Positions 34,875 to 45,181 of a stretch of 64,000 nt of DNA are shown piece after piece. How positions within the stretch are numbered: the first letter of the stretch is position 1; each line of letters starts with the position of its first letter. The stretch covers positions 544,001 through 608,000 of the forward strand of contig OZ241877.1 in the NCBI GenBank assembly GCA_965203095.1, given 5' to 3'. The stretch is from Bdellovibrionales bacterium (GTDB lineage Bacteria; Bdellovibrionota; Bdellovibrionia; Bdellovibrionales; UBA1609). The notes under the pieces were generated by a model, which ran no database searches, was not told the origin of the DNA, and was given only the letters and a program-made list of their open reading frames with translations. The position numbers and the translations under genes are program-made.

Positions 34875-37800
34875 TCAAAGCTCTCTTTTAAAAAATGCAG
34901 GCTTTATCCATTTCCTTGTTTTACTAACCCATTCTTCTGAAAGCAAAATAGCACAAGGGATCCAAATCAAAGTTAAAAAAGTGGCTGTAAAAAGACCCCA
35001 AAAAAGAGCCAATGTCATAGGTTGAAGCAAAGGCTCAAAACCGGCCAAACCATAAGCTGTGGGAAAAAAGCCTCCCAAAGTTGTAAGATTAGTGATCATT
35101 ATAGGGCGAAAACGCATTGTTGAAGCCTTAATCACAACAGCAGAAAGCGGAAGTTCTGGGTTCTCTTTTTTTAAATTCAAAATAAAACTGACCAATATAA
35201 TAGCGGAATTAACTACAACACCAGCCAAACCCACAACACCAATCATGGCAAAAAAACTTAAAGCCTCCCCATGCAAAAGGAAGGCCCAAACCACACCTAT
35301 CAAACCCAAAGGTATGCAAGTTAAAATTAACAGAGAGAGGAAGAAACTTTTAAACAAAGCCACCAAAATAATAAAAATAGCAAAAACTGCTAAAACAGCG
35401 GCTTTAAAAAGTGATTTTAAAGACTCATCTGTAATCTCTTGCTCGCCCACTAATTTAAAAGACAAAGCAGGATAGTTTTTAATTTCCCTCTCAATAATTT
35501 TTTGAGCTTGTGCGTTCACTTTTATACTGGTTGTTTTTTTTGGATTAATGTCAGCCTGTAAAAAAATAACTGGTGAGAAGTTATAACTCATCCGGTAAGG
35601 TTCTGAAAGGACCTCTTGAATATCGGCCACCTCATCCAGAGCAATTAGCCTCCCCATTCTCTCCCGGATTTTAATGCCTTTTAAATCCTTTAAAGAGGAT
35701 ATCTTGGCCTCATCATGTTTGACACGAATATAAAAAGACTCATTATTTTCTGTAAGCTCTGTAATCAAATACCCCTCAAGGGCTGTTCTTAAGGCTAAAC
35801 CCACAGCTTGAAAACTTAAACCTAAACGGGCTAAAGTTTCTGGTTGAATTTGAATCCTATACTCTAAACCTCGATCTTTATCCGGATGGCTTTTTATGTT
35901 AATCAGTCCGGGGATCTTTTTTATTTCCGGCAAAATGTCCTCAATAAACTGCCGTCCCTCTTTCCGGCTGTTTGATTGAATGGCTATATTTAAAGGTTTT
36001 CCTACTGGAGGCCCCACCTTCATTGCAGAAAATCTCAGGTTTTTAAGATCGCCTTTGTCTATCGCCCTTAACTGGTTGAGAATATCCTTATGTTTGAGCT
36101 TTCTTAAAACAGAAGGTTTGAGTTTGAGCAAAATGTCTCCCGATTCTGTCCCCCACCGGACAGACATCCACTGAATATTTTGATCCCCCTTAAAAACATT
36201 TTGCATTTGATAAGCTATTTGTTTTGTTTTTTTATCAATAAGAGGGAGTGAGGCATTGGCCTGAGGCTCTAATCTGGCTGTCCAAAATTCCGGACTTCGT
36301 GAAGGGAAAAGATCCACCTGACTCGCCCACTTAAAAACCAAAATGGTTATAAAAAGCAATAAGACAATACTACCTAAACTGATATGTTTTATAGATACGA
36401 TTTTTGTCATGGATTTTTCAAAACGATTTTCTAACCAATAAATAAATCGTTTTAACAAAGCCTCCTTTTGCCCACCGGATTTTTTTTGAGAAAACCACAG
36501 CAAGCGATTGGGTAAAAGGCAAAAAGATTCAAACAGACTCATCAAAAGGGCTAAAGTCACTACAATAGGTATCCATTTGATAAATTGGCCCATAACCCCT
36601 GTAGTCACCAACATAGGTAAAAAAGCCACTATAGTTGTAAGAACTGTGGCTGTAATGGGTTTCCGGAACTGGCGGACCGATTGAACAGCAGAGCTTTTAG
36701 GAGAGCGATTTTCATCCACAACCAAGCGAGAGTAATATTCTGCAATCACAACAGAATTGTCGACCAACATTCCAATACAAATTACAAAAGCCAACATAGT
36801 GATCACATTAAAACTAACCCCCATAAAAGGGAAGAATGAAAAAGTCCCTAAAACAGAAAGAGGTAAACTAAAACTCACTAATAAGCCCATTCTTGAGGGA
36901 AGGAAGAGAAAAAACACAATAAAAATAAGAGCTAAACCTGTTAAAGCATTATTGATGACACTTTTTAGCCTTCTCTTTATGTTTTCCTCATCATTAAAGC
37001 CGATTAAAATTTTATATTCTTCATCCAGTTGGTTTTTAAAAACCTTAAGGCTTTTTTGAATATCTGATATGAGTTTTAAAGTGTCTACCCCTTCAGCCCT
37101 ACTGATAGAAAGAGAGGTGACAGGGTTTAAATGATAGCCTGTCTTTTTTTTAGATTGATAAAAGTATTCTTTTTGAATTTCTTTTTCTGACCCATCTTTA
37201 ATTGTAGCTACATCTTTAATAAAAATTTTTTTTCCGGAAAAATTGGATCTAATAATAGTGTTTCCTAAATCCTTTAAAGAGCGAGCTTTGCCTAAAAAAC
37301 GAACCAATTTTCTCTCTTTATCCGATTCCAAATAGCCAGCAGGAACATCTGTTTTTTTTTGCTCCAAAGCCGAAATCACATCAGCAGAGGAAACATACAA
37401 GCGATCCATCTTTTCTTGAGAGAGGAGAACTAAAAACTCTCTTTTTTTATAACTGCCCAAGCGGATTTCTGAAATGCCATTGATCCTCTCTAAACGGCTT
37501 TTTAAATCCCAGCTGATCTTGTCCCTCAACCGGCCCTTATCTGGCCCGGAAACATAGATCCAAAGAATAGGATTATCCTTATTGGCGTCAATATGATTGA
37601 GCTTAGGGGGATCTAACACTTCCAAGGGCAAGCCTCGTGCGTTTTGTAAATTTTTTTGCAGTTCGTGTATTACTTCTTGAGTGTTGGCATTGTCTAAATC
37701 AATACGAATAGTGATTTGGCTTAAGCCCGGCCTGGAGACAGACTGCGAATCTTTTAAATGATCCACAGATCGAAATTCGTCTTCAATTTTTTTTGTGATC

Positions 37801-37976
37801 AGCTCCTCCACCTCTGCTGAAGAAGAGCCAGGGTAGACAGTAGTAATAACAGCAGTGGCAAAGTCCACATTAGGATAGCTCTCCCTTTGAAGGCTCAAAA
37901 GCCCCCGCACCCCCATAAAAATAAACATCAAACTGATTAATATTACTAAGTGAGAATTGTGAATAAAAAATTTCAT
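34875..37976 (-). CDS. RND efflux permease (AcrB/AcrD/AcrF family)
   Basis: 1033 aa, YPGSSSAEVEELIT, GMLVDNSVV, RFRPIMIT. Confidence 0.92.
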   Translation of the reverse strand: MKFFIHNSHLVILISLMFIFMGVRGLLSLQRESYPNVDFATAVITTVYPGSSSAEVEELITKKIEDEFRSVDHLKDSQSVSRPGLSQITIRIDLDNANTQEVIHELQKNLQNARGLPLEVLDPPKLNHIDANKDNPILWIYVSGPDKGRLRDKISWDLKSRLERINGISEIRLGSYKKREFLVLLSQEKMDRLYVSSADVISALEQKKTDVPAGYLESDKERKLVRFLGKARSLKDLGNTIIRSNFSGKKIFIKDVATIKDGSEKEIQKEYFYQSKKKTGYHLNPVTSLSISRAEGVDTLKLISDIQKSLKVFKNQLDEEYKILIGFNDEENIKRRLKSVINNALTGLALIFIVFFLFLPSRMGLLVSFSLPLSVLGTFSFFPFMGVSFNVITMLAFVICIGMLVDNSVVIAEYYSRLVVDENRSPKSSAVQSVRQFRKPITATVLTTIVAFLPMLVTTGVMGQFIKWIPIVVTLALLMSLFESFCLLPNRLLWFSQKKSGGQKEALLKRFIYWLENRFEKSMTKIVSIKHISLGSIVLLLFITILVFKWASQVDLFPSRSPEFWTARLEPQANASLPLIDKKTKQIAYQMQNVFKGDQNIQWMSVRWGTESGDILLKLKPSVLRKLKHKDILNQLRAIDKGDLKNLRFSAMKVGPPVGKPLNIAIQSNSRKEGRQFIEDILPEIKKIPGLINIKSHPDKDRGLEYRIQIQPETLARLGLSFQAVGLALRTALEGYLITELTENNESFYIRVKHDEAKISSLKDLKGIKIRERMGRLIALDEVADIQEVLSEPYRMSYNFSPVIFLQADINPKKTTSIKVNAQAQKIIEREIKNYPALSFKLVGEQEITDESLKSLFKAAVLAVFAIFIILVALFKSFFLSLLILTCIPLGLIGVVWAFLLHGEALSFFAMIGVVGLAGVVVNSAIILVSFILNLKKENPELPLSAVVIKASTMRFRPIMITNLTTLGGFFPTAYGLAGFEPLLQPMTLALFWGLFTATFLTLIWIPCAILLSEEWVSKTRKWIKPAFFKREL

Positions 37977-37978
37977 GA

Positions 37979-39478
37979 TTAAAGATAAGCCTCCACTAAT
38001 TGATCTTTCAAAGCTAAAAATTGTAGGTTGAGAAGGGAATACTCACTTAAGGCAGAGGCTTTTCTGAGTTCGGATTCTCTTAGTTTGTTTTCCGCACGGA
38101 TAAGTTCAAAAATATCTACTCGCCCTTGGTCAAAAGATCTTTTTAGCTCTTTAAAAGCTTTTTTTTGATAACTGTTGGCCCGCTCGGCCCGATAAATATT
38201 TTTATAGCTGACAGAAATTTCCTCTTTTAATGAGTCCATCTGATTTTCTATTTCTTTTTTAAATATTTCCATATCAATTTTGTCTTCTTCTAACTGGTAT
38301 CTCTCTTGATGGGCTTTTTCATAAAAAGATTTTGAAAACAAATTCCAATTCAAACTCACCCCTAACTCATAAAAAGAGTTTTTTCGGGAAAAAGAGAGAT
38401 CTTTTCTGGATCCCGCACTGGCAGGAATCAGACCCCCTTGGCTAATAAAACGAATATCGGGGAATAGCTGAACCCGATGACTTCGCCACTTTAACTCTCT
38501 CTCGGTTATTTGTTGTGCTCTCATTTGAACCCCTCGCACAGAATCTATTTTTATTTTTGAAAAAGTAGGAGGAGGGGAAGGGAGAGTTTTAAACTTTAAA
38601 TCATAATCTTCCGCTGGTTTTTGTAAGAAAAGGAACAGAGCCTTTTTCTCCCTCTCATAATTTTGCTTTTGGCTATCTGCTTTTTGTTGCAAGTTTTCAT
38701 ACTCGGCTAAAACTTGAGGCCCTTCCCCTGGATTTAAAAAATTATACTTTTGCTTATTGGCAATTTGCCGGACCAACTGCTGGTAAGTTTTTAAACCTTC
38801 TTGGCTTTTTAGCCAACTCACTTGTGCCAAATAGGTTTTCCAATATTGTCTGACTGAGCGAAGGGCCAACTCTTCTGCTTTTTCATAGTAAAGCCATTGG
38901 ACAGCCTCTTCCCCCGATTGAATGGCCTTTAAAGCCCAGTTTTGAGTTAAAGCCTCTTTTAAGCTGGCATTGAGTTCTAAACTGAGGCTTTTCCGGTAAA
39001 TTTGTGATGGAGATTGAGCTGTGTTTAAAAAATCAGAGTTTAATCTCAATTCGCTCAAATCAGAGTAAGAGGATTTTAAACTCAAGCCATAAGGAATGTT
39101 TTTTTTTAAACTGAGATTCCAGCTATTGGTTTTATCTCTCCGGGCCTCAAAAACAGACACTTGAGGGTTATTTTTTTGGGAACCTGTCCAAGAGGATAAA
39201 AAATTCCAGGTTGAAAAAGAATGCTTTTTCTCTTTTAAATGGGAGAGGTTTTTTTGTTTTTCAAATTGAATTTTTTTGACAAATAAGCTGTTGGATAAAG
39301 TGGCTTTTAAAACATCTTGTTCTGTCAAAATCAGGAGTTTTTTCCCAAAGGAGGAAAAGCTAAATACAGCCACTGCAAAGGCAAAACAAATAAAAAATCT
39401 TTTTTGTCCCATAAATGAAGAACCTATCTTACAAAATAAAACCTTCCTGGCGAACCAAAAATAACAAGCTTTTTTCAA
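37979..39478 (-). CDS. TolC family outer membrane protein
   Basis: Two OEP-like repeats, FDQGRVDIFELIRAE; true start may be the second Met (MGQKRFF). Confidence 0.8.
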   Translation of the reverse strand: MKKACYFWFARKVLFCKIGSSFMGQKRFFICFAFAVAVFSFSSFGKKLLILTEQDVLKATLSNSLFVKKIQFEKQKNLSHLKEKKHSFSTWNFLSSWTGSQKNNPQVSVFEARRDKTNSWNLSLKKNIPYGLSLKSSYSDLSELRLNSDFLNTAQSPSQIYRKSLSLELNASLKEALTQNWALKAIQSGEEAVQWLYYEKAEELALRSVRQYWKTYLAQVSWLKSQEGLKTYQQLVRQIANKQKYNFLNPGEGPQVLAEYENLQQKADSQKQNYEREKKALFLFLQKPAEDYDLKFKTLPSPPPTFSKIKIDSVRGVQMRAQQITERELKWRSHRVQLFPDIRFISQGGLIPASAGSRKDLSFSRKNSFYELGVSLNWNLFSKSFYEKAHQERYQLEEDKIDMEIFKKEIENQMDSLKEEISVSYKNIYRAERANSYQKKAFKELKRSFDQGRVDIFELIRAENKLRESELRKASALSEYSLLNLQFLALKDQLVEAYL

Positions 39479-39508
39479 AAATACAAGAGTAAGAACTTTA
39501 ATAAAAAA

Positions 39509-40216
39509 TCAAATAGAGTTTTTTTTAAAAAATAAATAATAAACAAGGGTTTTTAAAAAAACAAATCCGTCTTTAAAAAACTGGAGTTTAGACTCCCCTA
39601 TCCTCTTCTTGTAAGATATATTTACTAAGGAAAAAACTTTGCGATAACGAATCACATGGGCTGTAAAAGCTATGGAAAAACTCAAATCATCTGGAAATTC
39701 TTGAATTTGAGTTAATGCCGATCGTTTAAAGAGGCGAAAGCCACTGCAAGTGTCAGCCACAAAATGAAAAGATAGGCACAACAGCAAAAGGGAGTAAAAG
39801 TAGTTGCCCACTTTTCGGGTTAAGGGCATTTCACTTAAGCGATTTATGCGATTCCCCCACACTATGGGAATACCGGATTTTTTGGCTTTTTTAATAAAAT
39901 ATTTTAACTCTGAGATCTGGCATGTGCCGTCCAAATCTAAAAAAGCTATCCAATCCCCCTTAGCCAGCTCTATTCCTTTTTTGATAGCTTGACCATAGCC
40001 TTTTTGCTTTTTTAAAGAAATAATTTGTATCTCTTTTTGAAACTCTTTTAATTTTTTAAGAGAATCATCTTGGGAGCCATCATCCACCACAATAATTTCA
40101 AAACCTTTGACTTCACTTGTTTTTAGCAATTCCCTTTGGATCCCAAGGGCTTGAGGCAAAACATGAGGGATAGCCTGCTCTTCATTGTGACAGGGAAAGA
40201 TAAGACTTACAAACAT
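39509..40216 (-). CDS. Glycosyltransferase family 2 (DPM1-like)
   Basis: VVDDGSQD, GYGQAIKKG, LDLDG, DTCSGFRL, RIGESK. Confidence 0.9.
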   Translation of the reverse strand: MFVSLIFPCHNEEQAIPHVLPQALGIQRELLKTSEVKGFEIIVVDDGSQDDSLKKLKEFQKEIQIISLKKQKGYGQAIKKGIELAKGDWIAFLDLDGTCQISELKYFIKKAKKSGIPIVWGNRINRLSEMPLTRKVGNYFYSLLLLCLSFHFVADTCSGFRLFKRSALTQIQEFPDDLSFSIAFTAHVIRYRKVFSLVNISYKKRIGESKLQFFKDGFVFLKTLVYYLFFKKNSI

Positions 40217-40277
40217 TATCCTGTTATGTTAGAATTTACATTGATTTTGTCAATCAAATTTTTTTGCTGAGAGCTGA

Positions 40278-41444
40278 TTAAAGAAGAAGAGGGTTTGTAA
40301 GGGCACAGTGGGACCTTGTTTTTATAAGTCTCTCAGAGTTTGTAATAATTTTTGATATTTTTATATTTTTTCCCCCTATAATGGATTGCATTTTAAGAAT
40401 GTTTTTTGGTATTCCCCCTTTTTGAAAACTCCATTTGCACTCATAAAGGCTCAAACGATTCCCTTCAGGAATAATAAAATCCACTTCATGACCATAGTTG
40501 TCCCTAAAATAATAGATAGAGGTTGGGAGCCCCTTATTATGAAAATTCTTAATAAATTGCCCGCAACAAAAAGTTTCAAAAAAAGCTCCTAATAAAGGGC
40601 TATTTTCTAAAACTGTCTTTTTATGAATGCCGGAAAGAAAACAAAGTAAACCTGTATCTAAAAAATAAATTTTAGGTGATTTTATCAACCTTTTTCCGTA
40701 ATTGTTATAGAAAGGCTTTAGTAGATAAATAATATTGTTGGCTTCAAGAACAGATATCCAACTTTTTACTGTGTGCAAACTAACACTTAAAGCATTGGAA
40801 AGTGAGTTCATTGATAAAACCTGACCAGAACGCAAAGCCAACAAACTTAAAAATTTACCAAATATAGAAAGATTTTTCACATTGAGAAACTGCCGGACAT
40901 CCCTTTCTAAATAAGTAGCTAAGTAATCCGCATAAAATCTCTCCGGTGGGAGGAGCTGTGCTTGAACTTCAGGATAGCCTCCTTGTAGAATAATTTTTAA
41001 AATATTTTTGTGAGATACTTTCTCCCCACTGTGTTTAAAAATCTCTTTTGCAGATAGTGAATATAGCTCTAAAATAGAAATTCTGCCGGAAAGGCTTTCG
41101 CTCACCCCTTTCATTAAAGAAAATTTTTGTGATCCGGTGAGGATATACTGGCCAAAACGGTTTCTGTTTTTATCTATGGCAATTTTAAGATAGCGAAAAA
41201 GCTCCGGTGCATACTGTATCTCATCAATTATGAGAGGGGCCGGGTGTTTTTCTAAAAAATAAGCTCCAGCCTCTTTAGCTTCCATAGCTTTATGGGGCCA
41301 ATCCAAACTCACATAATTATAATGAGGGAAAAGCTTTTCCAGTAAAGAGGACTTTCCTGTTTGCCGAGCACCGGTAAGAAGAATAGCTGGACGATGGCGA
41401 GCAGTTTTTTTAAGAATTGAGCTGATTTCCCTTTGAATCCACAT
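40278..41444 (-). CDS. AAA_14 ATPase with DUF4143 / PD-(D/E)XK C-terminus
   Basis: GARQTGKS, IDEIQY, LTGS, GGYPE, KIYFLDTG, EVDF..ECK; start placed at ATG 41444 (MWIQREI). Confidence 0.9.
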   Translation of the reverse strand: MWIQREISSILKKTARHRPAILLTGARQTGKSSLLEKLFPHYNYVSLDWPHKAMEAKEAGAYFLEKHPAPLIIDEIQYAPELFRYLKIAIDKNRNRFGQYILTGSQKFSLMKGVSESLSGRISILELYSLSAKEIFKHSGEKVSHKNILKIILQGGYPEVQAQLLPPERFYADYLATYLERDVRQFLNVKNLSIFGKFLSLLALRSGQVLSMNSLSNALSVSLHTVKSWISVLEANNIIYLLKPFYNNYGKRLIKSPKIYFLDTGLLCFLSGIHKKTVLENSPLLGAFFETFCCGQFIKNFHNKGLPTSIYYFRDNYGHEVDFIIPEGNRLSLYECKWSFQKGGIPKNILKMQSIIGGKNIKISKIITNSERLIKTRSHCALTNPLLL

Positions 41445-41447
41445 TAC

Positions 41448-41480
41448 GACAATTATGAAGTTAAACTTCATAATTGTCAA
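41448..41480 (-). promoter_or_regulatory. Sigma70 promoter overlapped by a perfect 31-bp palindrome
   Basis: TTGACA-N17-CATAAT; arms GACAATTATGAAGTT / AACTTCATAATTGTC at 41448-41462 and 41464-41478. Confidence 0.8.
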
Positions 41481-41540
41481 GGTTTTATTTTGTGAAATTA
41501 TGGCATAAGCAAAAGTCCTGCGGTGAGAAACAGACTTTTC

Positions 41541-41596
41541 TGGATTCCCGTTGGCACGGGAATGACTATCTTTAGCACGGGAATGACTATCTTTAG
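41541..41596. repeat. REP element with 21-bp tandem duplication
   Basis: TGGATTCCCGTTGGCACGGGAATGAC, with GCACGGGAATGACTATCTTTA present twice. Confidence 0.85.
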
Positions 41597-41612
41597 AAAG
41601 GGCAAGATGAGT

Positions 41613-42107
41613 TTATTTGATGCAGGCGGAGGAAAGACCCTGAAAGCTACAACCCCTTTTGCACTTAATTTTTTCAAAAGAGAATAACCTCTCCTGTTGA
41701 GGATCACAGAAAAACCTCAGCAAGTGATCGCCTTCGCATCGGTTTCTCTCAATACGATATACAGCCAAACAGAGGTTAGCCCCCTTTTCGCATCCGTATC
41801 CCACTTGAACATAGCCTGGGGTATATTCGTCCTGATAGCTCTCTGAACAACTGTAAGCTGTGCTGGCCAGTTTCCTTTTATTTTTAGATGAAGGACGAGC
41901 CTTAGTCACCACTCTTTTTTTCTTAATGAGATTTGCTTTTTCTTTGAGAGGGCTATGGTTTTTGCTTTCAGCCATTTCCGCTAAAAGAGCTTTTTCTAAA
42001 ACAAGTCCGGAAAAAACACTGCTCACACACAATAAAAACATTGTTTTTAACATAATGGATTTTAAAAGCCTGTTTCTAAATTTATTTAACATAATATTCC
42101 TCCTCAT
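41613..42107 (-). CDS. Secreted Cys-rich hypothetical protein
   Basis: Signal-like segment, RKLAS motif, 8-Cys C-terminal domain; start uncertain. Confidence 0.55.
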   Translation of the reverse strand: MRRNIMLNKFRNRLLKSIMLKTMFLLCVSSVFSGLVLEKALLAEMAESKNHSPLKEKANLIKKKRVVTKARPSSKNKRKLASTAYSCSESYQDEYTPGYVQVGYGCEKGANLCLAVYRIERNRCEGDHLLRFFCDPQQERLFSFEKIKCKRGCSFQGLSSACIK

Positions 42108-42169
42108 TTATAAAAGTGAATGCAAGGTCCCTCTTTTATAGAAATTAAATTCATAAGCGTTTACACTCC

Positions 42170-42970
42170 TTACTCTTTACACTGGAGATCGGCCTTATAA
42201 CCTACAAACAGATTATAATAGGGAACACCAACCCAAGTGGTATCATAACTATGGGTGCACAATACTTTGAGAGTTAAATTCCCCTGGCAAATACCCTCAT
42301 TGACTTGTATAACATAGTTCATATCAAAAGAGCAAGGATCCGGACATGCCCGCCAAAGTTTTTTAGCATGTTCACTTTCATTTTTTTCTACAACACTTTC
42401 AACAAAGTTTTGGAAGTATTCATACATTTTATTTTTATGCTCCATACTACAATCTGTTTTTACAGGAAGTTTTTTAGTGGTTTTGTATTCATGGGTTTTA
42501 ATGTATTTTGAGGGGCAGTCCTTTTCTTCCTGAAAAGGCTCAGCATGAATAGTTATTTCAGGAAGTAAATGGCAGTTCGGGCAGTTGGCCTTCACTTGCT
42601 TTTTATTTAGCTTTTCTATTTTATCAATTTCTTTTTTAGATTTTTCTAAAAAAGGGCCTCCGTCTTCCCACATATCGGCTTCGTCCATGGAAAAGCTTTT
42701 TTCTACCACCCCCCCTTCTAAACACTGTTCAATGGTTTTTCCTTGGAGTTGATCAAAAAAATCTTGAAGGCCACATATAGAGATGCAGTCGGGGTTAGAG
42801 CATTTTTTTTCTGCCTTAATTTGGTCGCAAGGGCATTGCTCCAGGGTGCTCTCCGCCCCTATTTGAATTGAAAAAAAAGCCAAAAAAAACAAAGACATAA
42901 TTTTTAACCCCTCATTCCTGCCTTGAGTAGGAATCCAAAAAAGCCCAAAAGACTCTTTAGCAAACTTCAT
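42170..42970 (-). CDS. Secreted Cys-rich hypothetical protein
   Basis: Many Cys pairs; signal peptide begins at Met25; first 24 codons include a REP element. Confidence 0.6.
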   Translation of the reverse strand: MKFAKESFGLFWIPTQGRNEGLKIMSLFFLAFFSIQIGAESTLEQCPCDQIKAEKKCSNPDCISICGLQDFFDQLQGKTIEQCLEGGVVEKSFSMDEADMWEDGGPFLEKSKKEIDKIEKLNKKQVKANCPNCHLLPEITIHAEPFQEEKDCPSKYIKTHEYKTTKKLPVKTDCSMEHKNKMYEYFQNFVESVVEKNESEHAKKLWRACPDPCSFDMNYVIQVNEGICQGNLTLKVLCTHSYDTTWVGVPYYNLFVGYKADLQCKE

Positions 42971-42979
42971 AAACGAATA

Positions 42980-44803
42980 TTATCTTTCTATAATGAGTGG
43001 GACTTCACCACTACCCGATTTTGTTGTAGGGGCTGGGGTTGGGGCCGGAGTGTGTTGAGGGCCACTGCCCGCTCCCGCATTTAAACCTGTATTTAAACTA
43101 TTATTGCTGGCTCCTAAAATGGAGTTTCCGGCCACACCTCCAGAAGATACTAACTGGATCTGTTGCCGTATTCTATAAATTTCTTGAGTGAGGCTGGAGA
43201 TCACTTCCTGCCTTTGCATCCAGTCTTTTTGGACAGATTGCTGATGTTGGAGCCATGCTTGTTGCATTTTTATCCGAGCTTGCATTTGTTGCTGTTGAAA
43301 CTGAATGTATTGGCTGTATCGTTGCTGTTGCCATATCCCGGCATTCATCCCTGGCCCCCCTCCAAACTGAAATCCGGCTCCTGCACCGGCCCAAGGGTTG
43401 CCCCCAAAAGAAGAAGCTGGGGGACAGCCTATAGCCATACAAGTCATCCCTCCTCCAAACTGGAAACCGGCACTCGCCCCTCCAAAAGGGTTGCCTCCAA
43501 AAGGGCTACCCCCAAACTGAAAACCGGCACTCGCCCCTCCAAAAGGGTTGCCTCCAAAAGGGCTACCCCCAAACTGAAAACCGGCACTGGCTCCGGACCA
43601 AGGATTTCCTCCAAAAGGACCCCCTCCAAACTGAAAACCGGCACTCGCCCCTCCAAAAGGGTTGCCTCCAAAAGGACCACCTCCAAATTGAAAACCGGCA
43701 CTGGCACCGCCCCAAGGGTTGCCACCAAAACCAGCTCCTGCACTGGCCCAAGGGTTGCCCCCACCGTGAAAGCCTGCACCCGCCCCAAACTGGAAGGGGG
43801 AATACATATTGCCTCTACTATGGGATCCCGGGCTACAGGCAAAACTCCCAAAACGGGAATGCCCACCGGCCAAACCGTGAATACCGTTAGAGATAAAAGG
43901 AAGACCTAAAGAAGCCCCCGCCCAGGACAGGCCGGAAGAGCTTATAGGGTCATAACCCTGCCTTACTCTCAAGTTGTTAAGGGCTAAAGCCTCTTTTTTT
44001 CCAGCTCTATATCCATAATAGGACATAGCCCCGCCAGCTAAAATGGAAAGGGCATTACCTACCACTTGCCCAGTAGTGGGGCCGTCTAAATCCCTCAACT
44101 CTTCTAAACATTCAAAACAAAAGGTATTGGCTTCTGTCTCTTCGTCCTCGTCATCATCAGGCTCTATTTCGCCAAGTTCTTCTTCCCAGTTGTATATCTT
44201 TTCGTCATACTCTTTTCGATTATCGAGCTGTTCTCTCAGCTTATCAAGACTTTTCTCACAAGTTTTTTGACAGTCCTGAAGATTACTTCTACCCTCAACA
44301 TTACATGTTTTTTCTTGTTTGGCATATTCTTTGGCATATTCTCTACAAAACCCCCCGTTCTTGATCCGACCATTGGAGGTAAAAGGCGAAGAAGAATCAT
44401 CTGCCCAAGGAGCCTTTGCAGGATCTATATTACCACTTTCGCCAAGATTCTCCCAACCACTAACTTCTCCAGCTATATAATTTTCAATAAGGTTCACAGC
44501 ATCTTCAGGCGTGCCAATTTCACCTGATGCTGTGTTTAAAGCATCATATTTGTTGCCTGCATCATCAAGAGAGTTAGCCAAATCTGTTTTGAATCTTTCG
44601 ATTTTGTCTTCTATGTTTTCTTGTTTTCTTTGTGCTTTTTCAATCTTTTTTTCTAATTCCTTATAGCGATCTTTTTTGCTCTGTCTTTCCGGTCTTCCAT
44701 GGAGCAGAGCCGCTAATTCTAAAGGGTGCAAACAGGGGTTCCCCGGCATATACATGGATAAAGAAGGCCAGGGGATGAAAAATAAAAATAATATAACTTT
44801 CAA
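42980..44803 (-). CDS. Secreted coiled-coil protein with Gly/Phe-rich repeats and Gln-rich tail
   Basis: Signal peptide, coiled coils, CFEC, hydrophobic helix, GFQFGGxPFGGNPxGGASA repeats; paralog of 45381-46940. Confidence 0.75.
   Translation of the reverse strand: MKVILFLFFIPWPSLSMYMPGNPCLHPLELAALLHGRPERQSKKDRYKELEKKIEKAQRKQENIEDKIERFKTDLANSLDDAGNKYDALNTASGEIGTPEDAVNLIENYIAGEVSGWENLGESGNIDPAKAPWADDSSSPFTSNGRIKNGGFCREYAKEYAKQEKTCNVEGRSNLQDCQKTCEKSLDKLREQLDNRKEYDEKIYNWEEELGEIEPDDDEDEETEANTFCFECLEELRDLDGPTTGQVVGNALSILAGGAMSYYGYRAGKKEALALNNLRVRQGYDPISSSGLSWAGASLGLPFISNGIHGLAGGHSRFGSFACSPGSHSRGNMYSPFQFGAGAGFHGGGNPWASAGAGFGGNPWGGASAGFQFGGGPFGGNPFGGASAGFQFGGGPFGGNPWSGASAGFQFGGSPFGGNPFGGASAGFQFGGSPFGGNPFGGASAGFQFGGGMTCMAIGCPPASSFGGNPWAGAGAGFQFGGGPGMNAGIWQQQRYSQYIQFQQQQMQARIKMQQAWLQHQQSVQKDWMQRQEVISSLTQEIYRIRQQIQLVSSGGVAGNSILGASNNSLNTGLNAGAGSGPQHTPAPTPAPTTKSGSGEVPLIIER
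43355..43795 (-). repeat. 57-bp Gly/Phe-rich coding tandem repeat
   Basis: Four full 19-aa units plus degenerate units. Confidence 0.9.
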
Positions 44804-44821
44804 AATAAAAACCTCATAATA

Positions 44822-44921
44822 CTCATTCCCTTTTTACAGGATCCGGCTTTTCTGGATTCCCGCTCAAGGCGGGAATGACAGGCAAGGCGGGAGCCCAAAA
44901 GCCCAGTGGGCTTTTGGGCAA
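44822..44921. repeat. REP cluster
   Basis: TGGATTCCCGCTCAAGGCGGGAATGAC and GCCCAAAAGCCCAGTGGGCTTTTGGGC. Confidence 0.85.
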
Positions 44922-45181
44922 AATCTACAAGAACCACCCAAAAGTAAACTTTTTAACAAAATCTGGCAAACTCTCAAAAATAAAAACCTCTTAAATAGTA
45001 TAAGCAAAAACTTAAAAAATAAAAACTTAAATTTTACTTAAAATTACATGAATCCAGTTAAAAGATTCAAGATAGAGTTTTGCCTCTATTAAAACAATGT
45101 CAGCAAAAACTGAATTTTAAAAAAATGGACCTCCTTTTTCTATAAAAAATCAGGACTTAAAGCCAGATCATTTAAGCTATT

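Noticed and set aside
43163..43909. 248-aa antisense ORF
   Set aside because: Stop-poor reverse frame of the Gly-rich repeat region.
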